Positions 10,331-21,819 of a DNA stretch of 64,000 bases are shown here, piece after piece. Every line of letters begins with the position of its first letter. Position 1 is the first letter of the stretch. Source of the DNA: Limisphaerales bacterium (GTDB lineage: Bacteria > Verrucomicrobiota > Verrucomicrobiia > Limisphaerales > JAJOIW01); NCBI GenBank assembly GCA_965657355.1, contig CBFHOE010000002.1, positions 288,001 through 352,000 of the forward strand, in the 5' to 3' direction. The notes beneath the pieces were generated by a model that did not search any database, was not told the DNA's origin, and saw nothing but the letters and a program-made list of their open reading frames with translations. A program made the translations under genes and the position numbers.

Positions 10331-10696
10331 TTAAAAGTTGAGACCATTTTCTCTTGCTGCTTCAGCAAGGGCCTTTACTTTTCCGTGAAAACGAAATCCG
10401 CCACGATCGAAAATAACTGATTCAATACCTTTTTCTTTGGCTTTCTCAGCTATAACTTTTCCGACGACCGATGCTCCCTCAATATTAGCACCAAGAGGTT
10501 TGTCCTTTGGCAAATCCTTGGAGATCGTGGAACTTGAAACTATCGTTTTTCCAGCTACGTCGTCTATGACTTGGGCGTATATATTCTTTCCAGAAAAGCA
10601 GACAGCCAGTCTTGGACGCTGACTAGTGCCACTGATCTTACGCCTAATCCTGAGGTGGCGCTTTTGCCTAAGCTTGATTTTTTTCTCTACCCTCAT
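10331..10696 (-). CDS. rplR: 50S ribosomal protein L18
   Basis: [30 protein letters not shown]. Confidence 0.99.
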   Translation of the reverse strand: MRVEKKIKLRQKRHLRIRRKISGTSQRPRLAVCFSGKNIYAQVIDDVAGKTIVSSSTISKDLPKDKPLGANIEGASVVGKVIAEKAKEKGIESVIFDRGGFRFHGKVKALAEAARENGLNF

Positions 10697-10769
10697 GGTT
10701 GATTAAATAAAATTCTTAATTGAGTCCTTATTATCTTTGGGATGAATTTTTTAACGAAAGCCGATGGTA

Positions 10770-11309
10770 TTACTGAACTTTTTTACCTTCTTTTCTTCGG
10801 ATAACTTCATCAGAATACCGAACGCCCTTGCCTTTGTATGGCTCCGGAGGATAAAAGGCACGCATTTCGGAAGCGACCTGCCCAACTTTTTGTTTATCCG
10901 GGCCTTCGATTGAAACCACAGTTCCACCTTCTTCTACCTTCACTGTGATTTGTTCTGGTAAGTCGTAAATACACTGATGACTATAACCAAGAGCTAAAAC
11001 GACCTGCTTGCCTTTGAGCTCGGCTTTGAAACCCACACCGGAGATAACGAGTTTCTTTGAAAATCCTTGGTGTACGCCTTGGACCATATTGTTGACCAGG
11101 GCCCTAGTCATGCCGTGAAGCGCTTTTACCTTGGGCTCGTCCGACTTTCGAGTCACTTGGATACTACTTTCCTGCAAGTCCAAATCGATAGGGTCGGTAA
11201 GGTCAAGCGCAAGATTTCCTTTCGGACCAGACGCTTTGATTGTTCTGTGATCAATCTCCACTTTAACGCCTGATGGAATAGCAACCAGTTTCTTTCCTAT
11301 TCTTGACAT
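10770..11309 (-). CDS. rplF: 50S ribosomal protein L6
   Basis: MSRIGK, GPKG, LGYSH, PEPYKGKGVRY. Confidence 0.99.
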   Translation of the reverse strand: MSRIGKKLVAIPSGVKVEIDHRTIKASGPKGNLALDLTDPIDLDLQESSIQVTRKSDEPKVKALHGMTRALVNNMVQGVHQGFSKKLVISGVGFKAELKGKQVVLALGYSHQCIYDLPEQITVKVEEGGTVVSIEGPDKQKVGQVASEMRAFYPPEPYKGKGVRYSDEVIRRKEGKKVQ

Positions 11310-11339
11310 GAATCTAAATTCTTTCTGTTTTTTGTTTAA

Positions 11340-11726
11340 TTACCAAACGTAGCAGAGGACTTCTCCACCAGCTTTTAGTCTTTTTGCTTTTTGGCCTTCG
11401 AGGACTCCCTTAGAAGTGCTGACTATGGAAATCCCCATACCTCCAAGCACTCTTGGTATTTCGTTGTGTTTTACGTAGGTCCTTATTCCTGGTCGGCTTA
11501 TTCTTTTCAGGCCAGCTATGACGCCTTGACGCCCTGAATATTTTAAAGATACTTGTATTTCTTTTTTGCTACTTCCCACAACTTTGTAGTCTTTTACATA
11601 CCCTTCGTCTTTGAGGATGTGGGCAATACTCTCTTTAACATTTGAGTGCGGGATGGCCACTTCAGGCAATAATGCCATGGATGCATTCCGGACTCTGGTC
11701 AACATATCTGCGATTGGATCTGTCAT
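11340..11726 (-). CDS. rpsH: 30S ribosomal protein S8
   Basis: DPIADMLTRVRNA, ISRPG, STSKG, GGEVLCYVW. Confidence 0.99.
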   Translation of the reverse strand: MTDPIADMLTRVRNASMALLPEVAIPHSNVKESIAHILKDEGYVKDYKVVGSSKKEIQVSLKYSGRQGVIAGLKRISRPGIRTYVKHNEIPRVLGGMGISIVSTSKGVLEGQKAKRLKAGGEVLCYVW

Positions 11727-11744
11727 TATCTTCCTTGTTTTTGA

Positions 11745-12014
11745 TTACCAGCTAGATTTCTGCACACCTGGCAACAGTCCCAGATTTCCCATTTCGCGCA
11801 GAGTTATTCTTGAAATACCGAATTTGCGGAAATATCCATGACGACGACCAGTGATCTTGCAGCGATTGACTACTCGCACAGGACTAGCATTTCTTGGGAG
11901 TTTGGTTAATCCCTCATAGTCCGCATTTGCCTTTAATTCCGCGCGTTTTTCCGCATAGCGAGCCACGACGCGCTGACGCTTTTTATTTCTTTCTACCCAG
12001 CTTCTTTTAGCCAT
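11745..12014 (-). CDS. rpsN: 30S ribosomal protein S14 (89-aa form lacking the zinc-ribbon motif)
   Basis: [27 protein letters not shown]; only one Cys. Confidence 0.98.
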   Translation of the reverse strand: MAKRSWVERNKKRQRVVARYAEKRAELKANADYEGLTKLPRNASPVRVVNRCKITGRRHGYFRKFGISRITLREMGNLGLLPGVQKSSW

Positions 12015-12034
12015 ATCGTTCGTCTTAAATTTAT

Positions 12035-12583
12035 TTAGTTATTCTTTTTCTCGAATGGCATTCCCATAAGTTTTAGTAATTCCAATGCGTCCTCATTATT
12101 GGTGGCACTGGTTACAATGGTAATGTCCATACCTTGTGTTCGTTTTACTTTATCTAACTCGATCTCGGGAAAAATGGATTGATCTGAAATACCGAGAGAA
12201 TAATTACCTCGACCATCAAAGGACTTGAGGCTGATGCCACGAAAGTCTCTGATTCCAGGGAGCGCAGCCGTCACCAATCTGTCGAAAAATTCATACATTG
12301 CTTCGCGTCTCAAAGTCACGCGGCAACCGATAGCCTGGCCTTGTCTTAGTTTGAAGCCAGCGACCGATTTCTTCGCTAGATTAATCACTGGTTTCCGACC
12401 AGTAATAGTCATTAGGTCTTTGGCAGCATCATCCAATGCAGCTTTGTCGTGCTGAGTACCAACCCCCATGTTCACGACTATCTTTGTGATGCGTGGTAAT
12501 GCATGAGGATTTTTAATACCACGTGACTCCGCCAACTTAGGGGTGACTGAGTCCGTGTAATGTGTGTGCATCCGTGGTTTCAT
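12035..12583 (-). CDS. rplE: 50S ribosomal protein L5
   Basis: [36 protein letters not shown]. Confidence 0.99.
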   Translation of the reverse strand: MKPRMHTHYTDSVTPKLAESRGIKNPHALPRITKIVVNMGVGTQHDKAALDDAAKDLMTITGRKPVINLAKKSVAGFKLRQGQAIGCRVTLRREAMYEFFDRLVTAALPGIRDFRGISLKSFDGRGNYSLGISDQSIFPEIELDKVKRTQGMDITIVTSATNNEDALELLKLMGMPFEKKNN

Positions 12584-12615
12584 CTATCGGTTCCTGTATC
12601 TAAAGAGTCTCTTTG

Positions 12616-12882
12616 TTACTGTTCACTTGAGGTCGCTCTCCGAGACGCCTTGTAATTTTCATCGTTCATTAAATTAGAAACATGAATGGTTCCCTCTTTT
12701 TCAACGATAGCCCCTTCAGGGTTTGCCTGAGATTTACGAGTATGTTTTTTAATAATGTTCACGTTTTCCACGATAGCGCGCTCTTTCTTCCAATTTATAT
12801 TTAGGATTTTTCCGCTAGACCCTTTGTGCGCGCCAGCTATGACATGGGCGGTGTCGCCTACTTTAATATGATTTTTAGCCAT
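12616..12882 (-). CDS. rplX: 50S ribosomal protein L24 (short form)
   Basis: KOW motif IKVGDTAHVIAGAHKG, KKH, IHVSN; lies between rplN and rplE. Confidence 0.97.
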   Translation of the reverse strand: MAKNHIKVGDTAHVIAGAHKGSSGKILNINWKKERAIVENVNIIKKHTRKSQANPEGAIVEKEGTIHVSNLMNDENYKASRRATSSEQ

Positions 12883-12884
12883 GA

Positions 12885-13250
12885 TCAGATTACCTCAGGT
12901 GCAAGTGATACAATTTTCATAAACCGCTTCTCACGTAATTCTCTGGCAACCGGCCCGAAAATACGTGTTCCCCGCGGATTGTTGTCTTTGTCGATAATGA
13001 CAACCGCATTCGAGTCAAAACGAAGATATGATCCATCGTCTCTTCTGATAGCGCTTTTAGTGCGAACAACGACGGCATTGACAACATCACCTTTCTTGAC
13101 AGTTCCGTCTGGTGAAGCCTCTTTGATATGTGCCTTGATGATGTCACCAACGCGTGCATACCTTTGGTTGCCACCCAATACGTGAATAGTAGCAGCCTTT
13201 TTGGCACCCGTATTGTCGGCGACCTGAATGATGGATCTAAGTTGAAGCAT
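12885..13250 (-). CDS. rplN: 50S ribosomal protein L14
   Basis: [34 protein letters not shown]. Confidence 0.99.
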   Translation of the reverse strand: MLQLRSIIQVADNTGAKKAATIHVLGGNQRYARVGDIIKAHIKEASPDGTVKKGDVVNAVVVRTKSAIRRDDGSYLRFDSNAVVIIDKDNNPRGTRIFGPVARELREKRFMKIVSLAPEVI

Positions 13251-13284
13251 GAGTCAAAAGTGGTTTGGTTAGTGCTTAAAATTT

Positions 13285-13566
13285 CTATTTCTCAGCTGTG
13301 GCACGAACAACTTTTTCAACGCGCCAACGCTTTAGTTTTGAAAGTGGTCTGGTCTCAACAAGCTTCACGACGTCTCCGATGTTTAACGAGTTTTCAGGGT
13401 CGTGGGCATAGTAATGCTTATAAGATTTAACAACCTTGCGAAAATGTGGATGGGCGTAACGGCGAGTCACCCGGACAACAACAGTTTTGTCCATTTTGTT
13501 GGAGACTACCTCTCCGATTCTGAATTTTCTGAGGTTGCGTAATACCTTCTGATTGTCTTCGCTCAT
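13285..13566 (-). CDS. rpsQ: 30S ribosomal protein S17
   Basis: [28 protein letters not shown]. Confidence 0.99.
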   Translation of the reverse strand: MSEDNQKVLRNLRKFRIGEVVSNKMDKTVVVRVTRRYAHPHFRKVVKSYKHYYAHDPENSLNIGDVVKLVETRPLSKLKRWRVEKVVRATAEK

Positions 13567-13575
13567 TATGATAAA

Positions 13576-13770
13576 TTATTGTCCGGCTTTGAGGGCGGTG
13601 AGTTGGGTTTCGAGTCTTGCGATATCGCGTCGTATATTGCGAATAGCTGATGGCTTTTCAAGCCGGGCGCTCGCCTTCTGTAATTGCAGGTTGAAGAGTT
13701 CTTTTCTTAAGTCTCTCGTTTTTGCGACAATGTCGGTTTGGGTCATATCCCGAATCTCACTCATCTTCAT
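13576..13770 (-). CDS. rpmC: 50S ribosomal protein L29
   Basis: ELFNL, IRNIRRDIARLET; lies between rplP and rpsQ. Confidence 0.97.
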   Translation of the reverse strand: MKMSEIRDMTQTDIVAKTRDLRKELFNLQLQKASARLEKPSAIRNIRRDIARLETQLTALKAGQ

Positions 13771-13793
13771 ATGTTAAAATCCTCTTAATTTAG

Positions 13794-14210
13794 TTAGACC
13801 TTAGGTTTGACTACAAATTTAGTTTTGATAGGAAGCTTGTTGGCGGCAAGACGCATGGCTTCCTTAGCGACAGCTTCAGATACGCCGTCGACCTCGAATA
13901 GCATTGTCGCCGGTTTTATAACAGCGACCCATCCTTCGACGGGACCCTTACCCTTACCCATTCTCACTTCGAGTGGTTTTTTGGTGAATGATTTGTATGG
14001 AAAAATTCTGATCCAAACTTTACCCCGACGCTTCATTCTCCGGGTTATGGCAATACGACAGGTTTCGATGACCTTAGTGTCTAACCAGCATCTTTCGAGA
14101 GATTGAAGGCCATATTGGCCGAAGGAAATGGAAGAGCCACGATGCGCAAGCCCGGCACGATTGCCACGGTGCATCTTGCGGTACTTCACTCTTTTGGGCA
14201 TTAAAGGCAT
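13794..14210 (-). CDS. rplP: 50S ribosomal protein L16
   Basis: [30 protein letters not shown]. Confidence 0.99.
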   Translation of the reverse strand: MPLMPKRVKYRKMHRGNRAGLAHRGSSISFGQYGLQSLERCWLDTKVIETCRIAITRRMKRRGKVWIRIFPYKSFTKKPLEVRMGKGKGPVEGWVAVIKPATMLFEVDGVSEAVAKEAMRLAANKLPIKTKFVVKPKV

Positions 14211-14248
14211 TTAATTTTCTCCTATTTAAATTCTGAGTTTAAAATTTA

Positions 14249-14908
14249 TTATTTTGCAACTGGAACAATTACCGGCGCGCTCGTATCAATTTCACCTTGG
14301 CAGATCCAGCACTTTACTCCGAGGATTCCATATAACGTGGAAGCCCTTGCGTAGCCGTAATCAATGTTGGCCCTTAAAGTGTGGAGAGGCACTCTCCCTC
14401 TATTGTATTGTTCGACCCTCGCAAGTTCGGCGCCGCCCAATCTTCCTGCACAACGAATTTTAATACCGTCAGCACCAAAATCCATGGTTGTCTGAACAGC
14501 CTTTTTCATTGCTCTCCTGAAGGAAATTCTTCGTTCAAGCTGCAGGGCAACGCTTTCAGCTACAAGCTGCGCATCGGTCTCGGGTTGCTTGACCTCTTGA
14601 ATATCTAAATAGATTTCCTTTCCAGTTTTGTTACTTAGGTAATCTTTTATTTTTTCAATTTCTGAACCTTTGCGCCCGATAACAACACCAGGGCGAGCTG
14701 TGAGTATAGTAACTCGACACCTGCTTGCTGCCCGCTCTATCTTGATACGGGGAACAGCAGCTGTTTGCAGCTTCTTCTTCAAAAAAGTTCTTATGTAATT
14801 GTCTTCTGCAACTAAATCACCAAATTCACAACTTGATGCATACCACTTTGACTGCCAATCACGGCTTAGCGGAAGTCGAAGACCGACTGGATTTGATTTT
14901 TGCCCCAT
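14249..14908 (-). CDS. rpsC: 30S ribosomal protein S3
   Basis: MGQKSNP, RPGVVIGRKG, GRLGGAELAR, PLHTLRANIDY. Confidence 0.99.
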   Translation of the reverse strand: MGQKSNPVGLRLPLSRDWQSKWYASSCEFGDLVAEDNYIRTFLKKKLQTAAVPRIKIERAASRCRVTILTARPGVVIGRKGSEIEKIKDYLSNKTGKEIYLDIQEVKQPETDAQLVAESVALQLERRISFRRAMKKAVQTTMDFGADGIKIRCAGRLGGAELARVEQYNRGRVPLHTLRANIDYGYARASTLYGILGVKCWICQGEIDTSAPVIVPVAK

Positions 14909-14912
14909 TAAA

Positions 14913-15245
14913 TTATGCCTCTGTTAAAGTTATTCTTATTCTACAAGTTCTTTTGAGAATGCGACCTGCGGACCCCCTTGCCTTCGGTCTCCATCTCTTG
15001 AGTGTTGGCCCAGCACCAGTGACAGCTTCTTTGATGACTAATTTTTCGATGTCCATATCGTGGTTGTTTTCCGCGTTAGCAAGCGCACTATTAAGGGTTT
15101 TTAAGGCCCAGAACGCCGATTTGCGCGGGATAACATCGAGGATGGCTTTTGCCTCCAAAGCATTGAGTCCCTGTACTTGTCTCAGCACCTCTCTCACCTT
15201 TTGTGGGGACATCCTGACATTTTTTGTTATTGCGTTAACTTCCAT
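14913..15245 (-). CDS. rplV: 50S ribosomal protein L22
   Basis: RMSPQKVR, SALANAENNH, GPTLKRWRPKARG. Confidence 0.99.
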   Translation of the reverse strand: MEVNAITKNVRMSPQKVREVLRQVQGLNALEAKAILDVIPRKSAFWALKTLNSALANAENNHDMDIEKLVIKEAVTGAGPTLKRWRPKARGSAGRILKRTCRIRITLTEA

Positions 15246-15283
15246 TGCTTCAAACTCTGGTACTTAAGTTTAAATTTTTATTG

Positions 15284-15556
15284 TTACTTCTTATTTGGGT
15301 GGTCTCCGTGTGTTCTGAAAGTACGTGTTGGGGCAAACTCACCGAGCTTGTGGCCAACCATGTTTTCTGTGACGAGGACGTTCGTGAAAACTTTGCCGTT
15401 GTGAACATTAAATGTGAGGCCGACAAAATCTGGTATGATCATCGATCTTCTGGACCAGGTTTTGATAGGTTTGCGGCTTCCACTTTCTTGGGCCTTTTCC
15501 ACCTTTTTAAGCAACTTGTGGTCTACATATGGACCTTTTTTGATTGATCGTGGCAT
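15284..15556 (-). CDS. rpsS: 30S ribosomal protein S19
   Basis: [27 protein letters not shown]. Confidence 0.99.
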   Translation of the reverse strand: MPRSIKKGPYVDHKLLKKVEKAQESGSRKPIKTWSRRSMIIPDFVGLTFNVHNGKVFTNVLVTENMVGHKLGEFAPTRTFRTHGDHPNKK

Positions 15557-15564
15557 AGCAGAAA

Positions 15565-16410
15565 TTATTTACGTTTGAATGGGTTTCCATCGCGGCGTGA
15601 GACGATGAGTTTATCTGAATATTTGCGGCGTTTTCTCGTTTTATACCCTTTGGTCAACTTACCCCAGGGTGTCATAGGATGGCCACCACCAGAAGTTTTT
15701 CCAGCGCCACCGCCCATTGGGTGATCAATTGGGTTTTTAGCAACCGCTCTGGTTATTGGGCGGCGACCGAGGTAGCGACTTCTTCCAGCCTTACCGAGAA
15801 CCGTCTTCTCATGCTCAGCATTTCCGACGCTTCCTATAGTAGCGTAGCACTTTGCATTGACTTTTCTGATTTCACCGGAGGGCATCTTTAGCTGAGCATA
15901 TCCGTCGGTGACGGCCATGAGGACGGCAGAGCATCCAGCACTACGAGCCATTTGCCCGCCCTTGCCTGGCGTGAGTTCTATATTGTGAACAGGTTGTCCG
16001 ACAGGTATCGAAGATAATGGCATACAATTTCCAGCGACTGGACTGCATTCGGGACCTGAGTAAATGGAGTCACCGGCCTTGAGTCCATCAGGACTTAAGA
16101 TGTATGTCTTTTTGCCATCCGGATATTGAACCAACGCAATATTGGCACTTCGAGATGGATCGTATTCCAACTGCAAGACTTTGGCTTCTTCCCCGTGACG
16201 GTTTCGGCGAAAATCGACTATGCGGATTTTCTTCTTGTGACCACCACCGATACCACGGCTTGTGACACGGCCATAGCTGTTGCGCCCACCGGTTCGTTTT
16301 TTGGTGTAAACCAGGGATCTTTGAGGACGGTTATGAGAGAGGTCCTCTTCTTTGACTACCGTCATATATCGGAGTGACGGTGTCAGGGGTCTGAATCTTT
16401 TTACTGGCAT
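15565..16410 (-). CDS. rplB: 50S ribosomal protein L2
   Basis: [36 protein letters not shown]. Confidence 0.99.
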   Translation of the reverse strand: MPVKRFRPLTPSLRYMTVVKEEDLSHNRPQRSLVYTKKRTGGRNSYGRVTSRGIGGGHKKKIRIVDFRRNRHGEEAKVLQLEYDPSRSANIALVQYPDGKKTYILSPDGLKAGDSIYSGPECSPVAGNCMPLSSIPVGQPVHNIELTPGKGGQMARSAGCSAVLMAVTDGYAQLKMPSGEIRKVNAKCYATIGSVGNAEHEKTVLGKAGRSRYLGRRPITRAVAKNPIDHPMGGGAGKTSGGGHPMTPWGKLTKGYKTRKRRKYSDKLIVSRRDGNPFKRK

Positions 16411-16418
16411 TTTACTCT

Positions 16419-16700
16419 TTAGGTAAGGTCAATCATATCGCCATCCTGTAATCGGACGATGGCTTTTTTCCATTGGGCAGTTTTTCCTTGAGCGGCTGTT
16501 CTTTTGCGTCGCAATTTTCCTGCCACGTTCATTGTGTTGACGCTCATTACTTTGACGCTGAAAAGTTCCTCGACGGCCTTCTTAATTTGCACTTTGTTTG
16601 CTCGACGATCAGCAACCAAGACATACTGGTTTCCAACCTCCGAAAGACCCGAGCTTTTTTCGGTAATCTTTACTGTTTTGATAATATCGTAGTTAGTCAT
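16419..16700 (-). CDS. rplW: 50S ribosomal protein L23
   Basis: ITEKS, ANKVQIKKAVE, WKKAIV. Confidence 0.98.
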   Translation of the reverse strand: MTNYDIIKTVKITEKSSGLSEVGNQYVLVADRRANKVQIKKAVEELFSVKVMSVNTMNVAGKLRRKRTAAQGKTAQWKKAIVRLQDGDMIDLT

Positions 16701-16702
16701 TT

Positions 16703-17326
16703 TCAGCTGGAAATTCTCTGTTCTAGTGCTTCAAGTGCCGATTTGCTAATGACTATCTTGTCCTGACGCAAGATAGAGTATGTGTGAACCTGAGGGGCTG
16801 TTAAAACGTCGACGTGCGGAATATTTCTCGCACCAAGAAAAAGGTTAGTGTTTTCTCCCTCGGGAATGACGAGAACTGTTCCTGTAGCTCCTACCTTATC
16901 CAACCAAGCGATAGCTGCTTTTGTTTTTGGCTCAGGTATTTCTATGGAGTCGACAACAATGACGTCTCCCATGATAAATCTCTCGCCAAGGGCTTTTCTC
17001 AGAGCTAATCGTTTAACCTTTTTGTTGGTCTTTTTGGAGAAGTCTCTGGGGCGTGGTCCAAATACGACACCGCCACCTCTCCAGATGGGAGACGCATAAG
17101 AACCCGCGCGTGCCCGCCCTGTTCCTTTTTGGCGCCATGGCTTGCGAGTGGTCGCACTGACTTCACCTCGAGTTTTTGTGCAAGCAGTTCCTGTTCTTTG
17201 GGCCGCTCTATAAGCAACAACAGTCTCGTGAACCGCATGAGCTGCCTTTTCGCCTTCAGGTATTTCAAAAGATAAGTCTCTTTCTTCAACCTGCTCACCG
17301 GCATTGTTAATAATTGAAATCTTCAC
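16703..17326 (-). CDS. rplD: 50S ribosomal protein L4
   Basis: [35 protein letters not shown]. Confidence 0.99.
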   Translation of the reverse strand: MKISIINNAGEQVEERDLSFEIPEGEKAAHAVHETVVAYRAAQRTGTACTKTRGEVSATTRKPWRQKGTGRARAGSYASPIWRGGGVVFGPRPRDFSKKTNKKVKRLALRKALGERFIMGDVIVVDSIEIPEPKTKAAIAWLDKVGATGTVLVIPEGENTNLFLGARNIPHVDVLTAPQVHTYSILRQDKIVISKSALEALEQRISS

Positions 17327-17373
17327 TTTTTAGAGATCGTGTAAATGTTTTGGCTTAAAATCTAAGATTCAGA

Positions 17374-18012
17374 TCAGCCCTTTTTCGGTTTTTTCTTACT
17401 GTCGCGAATAACGATGTAATCTCCCTTTGCTCCAGGTACAGCACCCTGGATGAGTATTAAATTGTCTTCAGCTAGAATTCGAACGACTTTAAGGTTTTGA
17501 ACAGTGCGTTTACGCTGACCCATGTGGCCCGGCATTTTAGTACCTTTGATGACCCATCCTGGAGTGGAGCCACCTGAGATGGCACCAGGACGTCGATACC
17601 ATCCTTTTTGGCCGTGTGTTTTGCGACCGCCGCCGAAGTTGTAGCGTCTCACAACGCCTTGAAAACCTCTTCCCTTGGTGATTCCGATGACGTCAATAAA
17701 ATCACCTTCATCGAAGATATCAACGTTGAGGGTGTCTCCGGGTTTTACCTCTATTGAGAAATCCCTAAATTCTTTAAGTTTCTTGGTCGGCGATACACCG
17801 TATTTGGAGGCTTGCCCGAGATCTGGTTTGTTTAGCCTTTGTTCTTTTTGGTCATCATAGCCCAATTGAACGGCTTGATAACCGTCAGTTTCGTCATTCT
17901 TGCATTGCATGACGCGGTTCGGACCAGCGTGAACCACAGTGACGTGGTGTATGTTACCGTCTTTGTCGTAAACTCTGGTTTGCCCCAGTTTCTTTCCTAT
18001 TAATCCAATCAT
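17374..18012 (-). CDS. rplC: 50S ribosomal protein L3
   Basis: GKKLGQT, DGYQAVQ, KGRGFQG, MPGHMG, GAVPG. Confidence 0.99.
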   Translation of the reverse strand: MIGLIGKKLGQTRVYDKDGNIHHVTVVHAGPNRVMQCKNDETDGYQAVQLGYDDQKEQRLNKPDLGQASKYGVSPTKKLKEFRDFSIEVKPGDTLNVDIFDEGDFIDVIGITKGRGFQGVVRRYNFGGGRKTHGQKGWYRRPGAISGGSTPGWVIKGTKMPGHMGQRKRTVQNLKVVRILAEDNLILIQGAVPGAKGDYIVIRDSKKKPKKG

Positions 18013-18023
18013 TTTATGTGGGG

Positions 18024-18332
18024 TTAGACTTTTATTTGGATGTCAACACCAGCTGGAAGGTTGAGTTTTTTAAGCTCATCCACTGTCTTGGCTGTTGGTT
18101 CAATAATATCGAGAAGCCGTTTGTGAGTTCTTTGCTCAAAGGTTTCCTGTGACTTTTTGTCGACGTGGGGAGACCTTGTCACTGTGAAACGCTCAATGCG
18201 AGTAGGCAATGGAATAGGTCCCGCGACTCTTGCTCCAGTGCGCTTTACCGTCTCGACGATGTCGGTAGCCGACGCATCGATGATGCGGTGATCATATGCT
18301 TTCAATCTAATTCTAATGCGCTGACCAGTCAT
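18024..18332 (-). CDS. rpsJ: 30S ribosomal protein S10
   Basis: [32 protein letters not shown]. Confidence 0.99.
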   Translation of the reverse strand: MTGQRIRIRLKAYDHRIIDASATDIVETVKRTGARVAGPIPLPTRIERFTVTRSPHVDKKSQETFEQRTHKRLLDIIEPTAKTVDELKKLNLPAGVDIQIKV

Positions 18333-18361
18333 GATTTTTTACTAAAAATGAATTCCATAAT

Positions 18362-20527
18362 TTACAGGTTGAGTGGGGTTCCAAAGAGTTTCTCAACGAT
18401 TTGCTGTTCAATATTCTTTGGGACAGAGTCGAAGTGCGATGGTTCCATCGTATAGTCAGCTCGGCCACTCGATAAGGTTCTTACTGCGGTCGCGTAACCG
18501 AACATTTCGGCCAGAGGCACCTCTGCATCGACAACAGATCTTTTCAACTTTGTGTCGATTGCAGTTATTTTGGCCCTTCTCCTGTTGAGGTCACCAAGGA
18601 TGTCTCCTTGGTTTTCTTCAGGAGAACTGACTTCGAGTTTCATTATAGGCTCGAGCAATTCCGGACCGGCATTCTTGACAGCTTCCTTAAATGCAAAAAG
18701 GCCAGCCATCTTGAACGCAATTTCCGAGGAATCTACCTCGTGAAATGAACCACCTGTAAGACGGACCTTGAGATCCACCATAGGGTAGTTGGCAATAATG
18801 CCATTTTGAACCGCCTCGCGGATACCCTCAAGGGCCGGTTCAATAAATTCTTTTGGTATGTCGCCTCCCGTAACTTCGGAAGTGATTTCAATACCTTTAC
18901 CTCTTTCGAGGGGTTCGATCGATACGATCGCATGGCCAAATTGACCTTTTCCTCCAGCCTGCTTGATGAACTTTCCTTCACCTTCGGCGACACTAGAGAC
19001 AGCTTCGCGGTAGGCTATCTGTGGAGTTCCAGAGTTAGCCACCACTTTGAACTCTCTGAAGAGTCGATCTCTAATGATTTCCAAGTGGAGTTCCCCCATT
19101 CCGGAGATGATGAGTTGCCCAGTTTCTTCGTCTGTAAAAGATCGAAAAGTAGGATCCTCATCAGAAAGTCGCCGCAAAGCTTCGACTAACTTATCTCGGT
19201 CGGCCTGAGACTTTGGCTCAATCGCCATCGAGATAACTGGCTCAGGGAACGAAGGCGGCATCAATAAAGCCGGTAAACTTTGATTGGCGAGAGTATCACC
19301 AGTCTGCACATCTTTAAGCCCAACTAGAGCCGCGATGTCACCCGAATAAACCGCATCAACGTCGATCTTTTCATCCGCCTTGATCATTAGCAATCTGCTA
19401 ACTCTCGTTTTGCGGCGAGTTCGAGTATTGTAAATCGTTTCACCTTTTTTAAGCTTACCTCCGTATACACGAAAGAAGGTCAGTTTACCGATGAACGGGT
19501 CAGACCAGAGCTTAAAAGCCAGAGCACAGAATTTAAACCCATCATCGGATTTAATTTCAATACTTTTTTCTGAATTATTTGCATTTGTGGCTGTGAAGGT
19601 GTCGATATCAAGTGGTGAAGGCAGATAATCGACTACAGCATCAATGAGAAATTGAATTCCCTTGTTTTTAAAAGCGGACCCACCAAGAACTGGAATGAAA
19701 GACATTTGACAGGTGCATTCTCTGATCGCACGCTTTAAAAGCTGATCTGGAACAGGCTTTTCTTCAAGAAAGCACTCCCCGACTTCATCATGAATATCCG
19801 CAACTGCTTCGATCAGGCTTGAGTATAAAAGCTCTGCCGTCTCTTTAAGTGAGTCAGGTATTTCAATGACATTATAGGTAGAACCCAGTAAATCGGATTC
19901 ATCGTAGGTGACGGCCTTCTTGCCTATGATATCAACGAATCCAGATAGTTCGCTTTCAGAACCTATAGGAAAGCATACAGGATGAGCGTTCGCTCCTAAC
20001 TTTTCTCTTAACTCTTCAACGACCCGAGTGTAATCAGCACCAACCCTATCGAGCTTATTGACGAACGCTATGCGTGGGACGTTATACTTATTAGCTTGCC
20101 GCCAGACCGTTTCCGACTGAGGCTGCACTCCAGCGACTCCGCAGAAAACAGCAATGGCACCGTCGAGAACACGCATTGACCTTTCAACCTCTGCTGTAAA
20201 ATCAACATGGCCAGGTGTATCAATAATGTTGACCCTGTGGGGGATGTCGACGAAGGATTTAGATAGGGCATCACTTACTTGGGTCCAGTAGCATGTGATA
20301 GCTGCTGAGGTTATGGTGATGCCACGTTCACGTTCTTGTTCCATCCAATCAGTGACTGTTGTGCCTTCATGCACCTCACCGATTTTGTGGACGAGCCCAG
20401 TATAAAAAAGGATACGTTCGGTAGTCGTTGTTTTACCGGCATCAATGTGCGCTGCGATCCCGATATTACGGGTGCGCTCCATTGAATACTCTCGCTCGGG
20501 AGAGTTTCTGTCCGACAAAACGGTCAT
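18362..20527 (-). CDS. fusA: Elongation factor G
   Basis: [47 protein letters not shown]. Confidence 0.99.
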   Translation of the reverse strand: MTVLSDRNSPEREYSMERTRNIGIAAHIDAGKTTTTERILFYTGLVHKIGEVHEGTTVTDWMEQERERGITITSAAITCYWTQVSDALSKSFVDIPHRVNIIDTPGHVDFTAEVERSMRVLDGAIAVFCGVAGVQPQSETVWRQANKYNVPRIAFVNKLDRVGADYTRVVEELREKLGANAHPVCFPIGSESELSGFVDIIGKKAVTYDESDLLGSTYNVIEIPDSLKETAELLYSSLIEAVADIHDEVGECFLEEKPVPDQLLKRAIRECTCQMSFIPVLGGSAFKNKGIQFLIDAVVDYLPSPLDIDTFTATNANNSEKSIEIKSDDGFKFCALAFKLWSDPFIGKLTFFRVYGGKLKKGETIYNTRTRRKTRVSRLLMIKADEKIDVDAVYSGDIAALVGLKDVQTGDTLANQSLPALLMPPSFPEPVISMAIEPKSQADRDKLVEALRRLSDEDPTFRSFTDEETGQLIISGMGELHLEIIRDRLFREFKVVANSGTPQIAYREAVSSVAEGEGKFIKQAGGKGQFGHAIVSIEPLERGKGIEITSEVTGGDIPKEFIEPALEGIREAVQNGIIANYPMVDLKVRLTGGSFHEVDSSEIAFKMAGLFAFKEAVKNAGPELLEPIMKLEVSSPEENQGDILGDLNRRRAKITAIDTKLKRSVVDAEVPLAEMFGYATAVRTLSSGRADYTMEPSHFDSVPKNIEQQIVEKLFGTPLNL

Positions 20528-20659
20528 ATACTACTTTAAATGAACAAAATTAAAATTTTAAAACTAGTAACGACTAAAGGTCAGGAACCAGAGATCCCCA
20601 GTATTAGTCGATAAAAATACCCCAGTATGCAAAAGCATAGACTGAGGATTTGTTAAATC

Positions 20660-21133
20660 TTACCAACGGAAATGAGCAAATGCTTTGTTAGCTTGCGCCA
20701 TTTTGTGCACTTCGTCTCTTTTACGGATTGCACTTCCCTGTCCCTGAAAAGCATCTAGAATTTCATTGGCTAAGGCACTTTTCATTGGTGTGCCTTTTCG
20801 CTTGTTAGCGAATCCAACGAGCCAACGCACTCCGAGAGCGACTTGTCGGTCTGGGGAAACCTCCATGGGAACCTGGTATGTCGCGCCACCAACTCGACGG
20901 GCTTTCACTTCAAGTCGTGGTTTGGCGTTATCAACAGCTCTTTGAAGAATTTCCAATGGATTCGAATTAGGATTTTTTTCAATGATAACATCGAACGCCT
21001 TGTAAACAATGTTTTGAGCAACGGTCTTTTTACCGTCCTGCATAACAGTGTTTACGAGTCGTGAGACCAAAGTGTCGTGGTATCTTGCATCTCTTTCGAG
21101 AGGTCTTTTTACTGCCCTGCGTCGTCTTGACAT
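20660..21133 (-). CDS. rpsG: 30S ribosomal protein S7
   Basis: RRVGGATYQVP, HKMAQANKAFAH. Confidence 0.99.
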   Translation of the reverse strand: MSRRRRAVKRPLERDARYHDTLVSRLVNTVMQDGKKTVAQNIVYKAFDVIIEKNPNSNPLEILQRAVDNAKPRLEVKARRVGGATYQVPMEVSPDRQVALGVRWLVGFANKRKGTPMKSALANEILDAFQGQGSAIRKRDEVHKMAQANKAFAHFRW

Positions 21134-21187
21134 CTTCTAGTTAGCTTAAAGAAATTGTAATAGTTGGTTTAAAATTAACAAAAGAGA

Positions 21188-21571
21188 TTACCCTTTTTTC
21201 TCTTTAGGTTTTTTGACTCCGTATTTAGAACGGCTGATGCGTCTCTTTTCGACCCCATTGGCATCAAGCGCACCTCTTACTACGTGGTATCTTACACCAG
21301 GTAAGTCCTTTACACGTCCACCCCTCACAAGAACTATACTGTGCTCCTGCAGATTGTGACCTTCGTCCGGTATGTAAGCAATGACTTCTATCCCATTAGT
21401 CAAGCGGACCTTGGCTACTTTACGCATAGCTGAGTTAGGTTTCTTTGGTGTTCTTGTCATCACCTGAACACACACACCACGACGAAATGGGCAAGAATCC
21501 AACGCCGGAGAATTCGACTTGGATATGATTTTCTTTCTTCCTTTTCTTATGAGCTGATTGATTGTCGGCAT
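21188..21571 (-). CDS. rpsL: 30S ribosomal protein S12
   Basis: [34 protein letters not shown]. Confidence 0.99.
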   Translation of the reverse strand: MPTINQLIRKGRKKIISKSNSPALDSCPFRRGVCVQVMTRTPKKPNSAMRKVAKVRLTNGIEVIAYIPDEGHNLQEHSIVLVRGGRVKDLPGVRYHVVRGALDANGVEKRRISRSKYGVKKPKEKKG

Positions 21572-21618
21572 ATTATCCGCTTGGAAACTATATGTTAAAT
21601 TTCAGTAAAGGGACCGAA

Positions 21619-21646
21619 ATATTATAGATTTGATTTTTTTGTGCAA
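21619..21646 (-). promoter_or_regulatory. Probable sigma70-type promoter of the rpsL (str) operon
   Basis: Minus strand TTGCAC (21646-21641), followed by overlapping TATAAT/TAATAT (14 or 16 nt spacing), with an AT-rich upstream tract. Confidence 0.55.
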
Positions 21647-21745
21647 ACTTATTTTTAATTTTTTTTTAAATAGCTGGTTTTCAACCTTTGATAATCAAAA
21701 TTGATGGCATTTATGACTTATTTGATCTGATTTTATTACCCACAT

Positions 21746-21778
21746 AAAAAAAATGACCCACGCTTGGTGGGTCTTTTT
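21746..21778. terminator. Intrinsic terminator after rpoC
   Basis: GACCCAC-5 nt-GTGGGTC stem flanked by an A-run and a T-run. Confidence 0.8.
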
Positions 21779-21819
21779 GGTTGAAATAAGTATTTCGATA
21801 GTCAGTCTAGAAATCAGAA

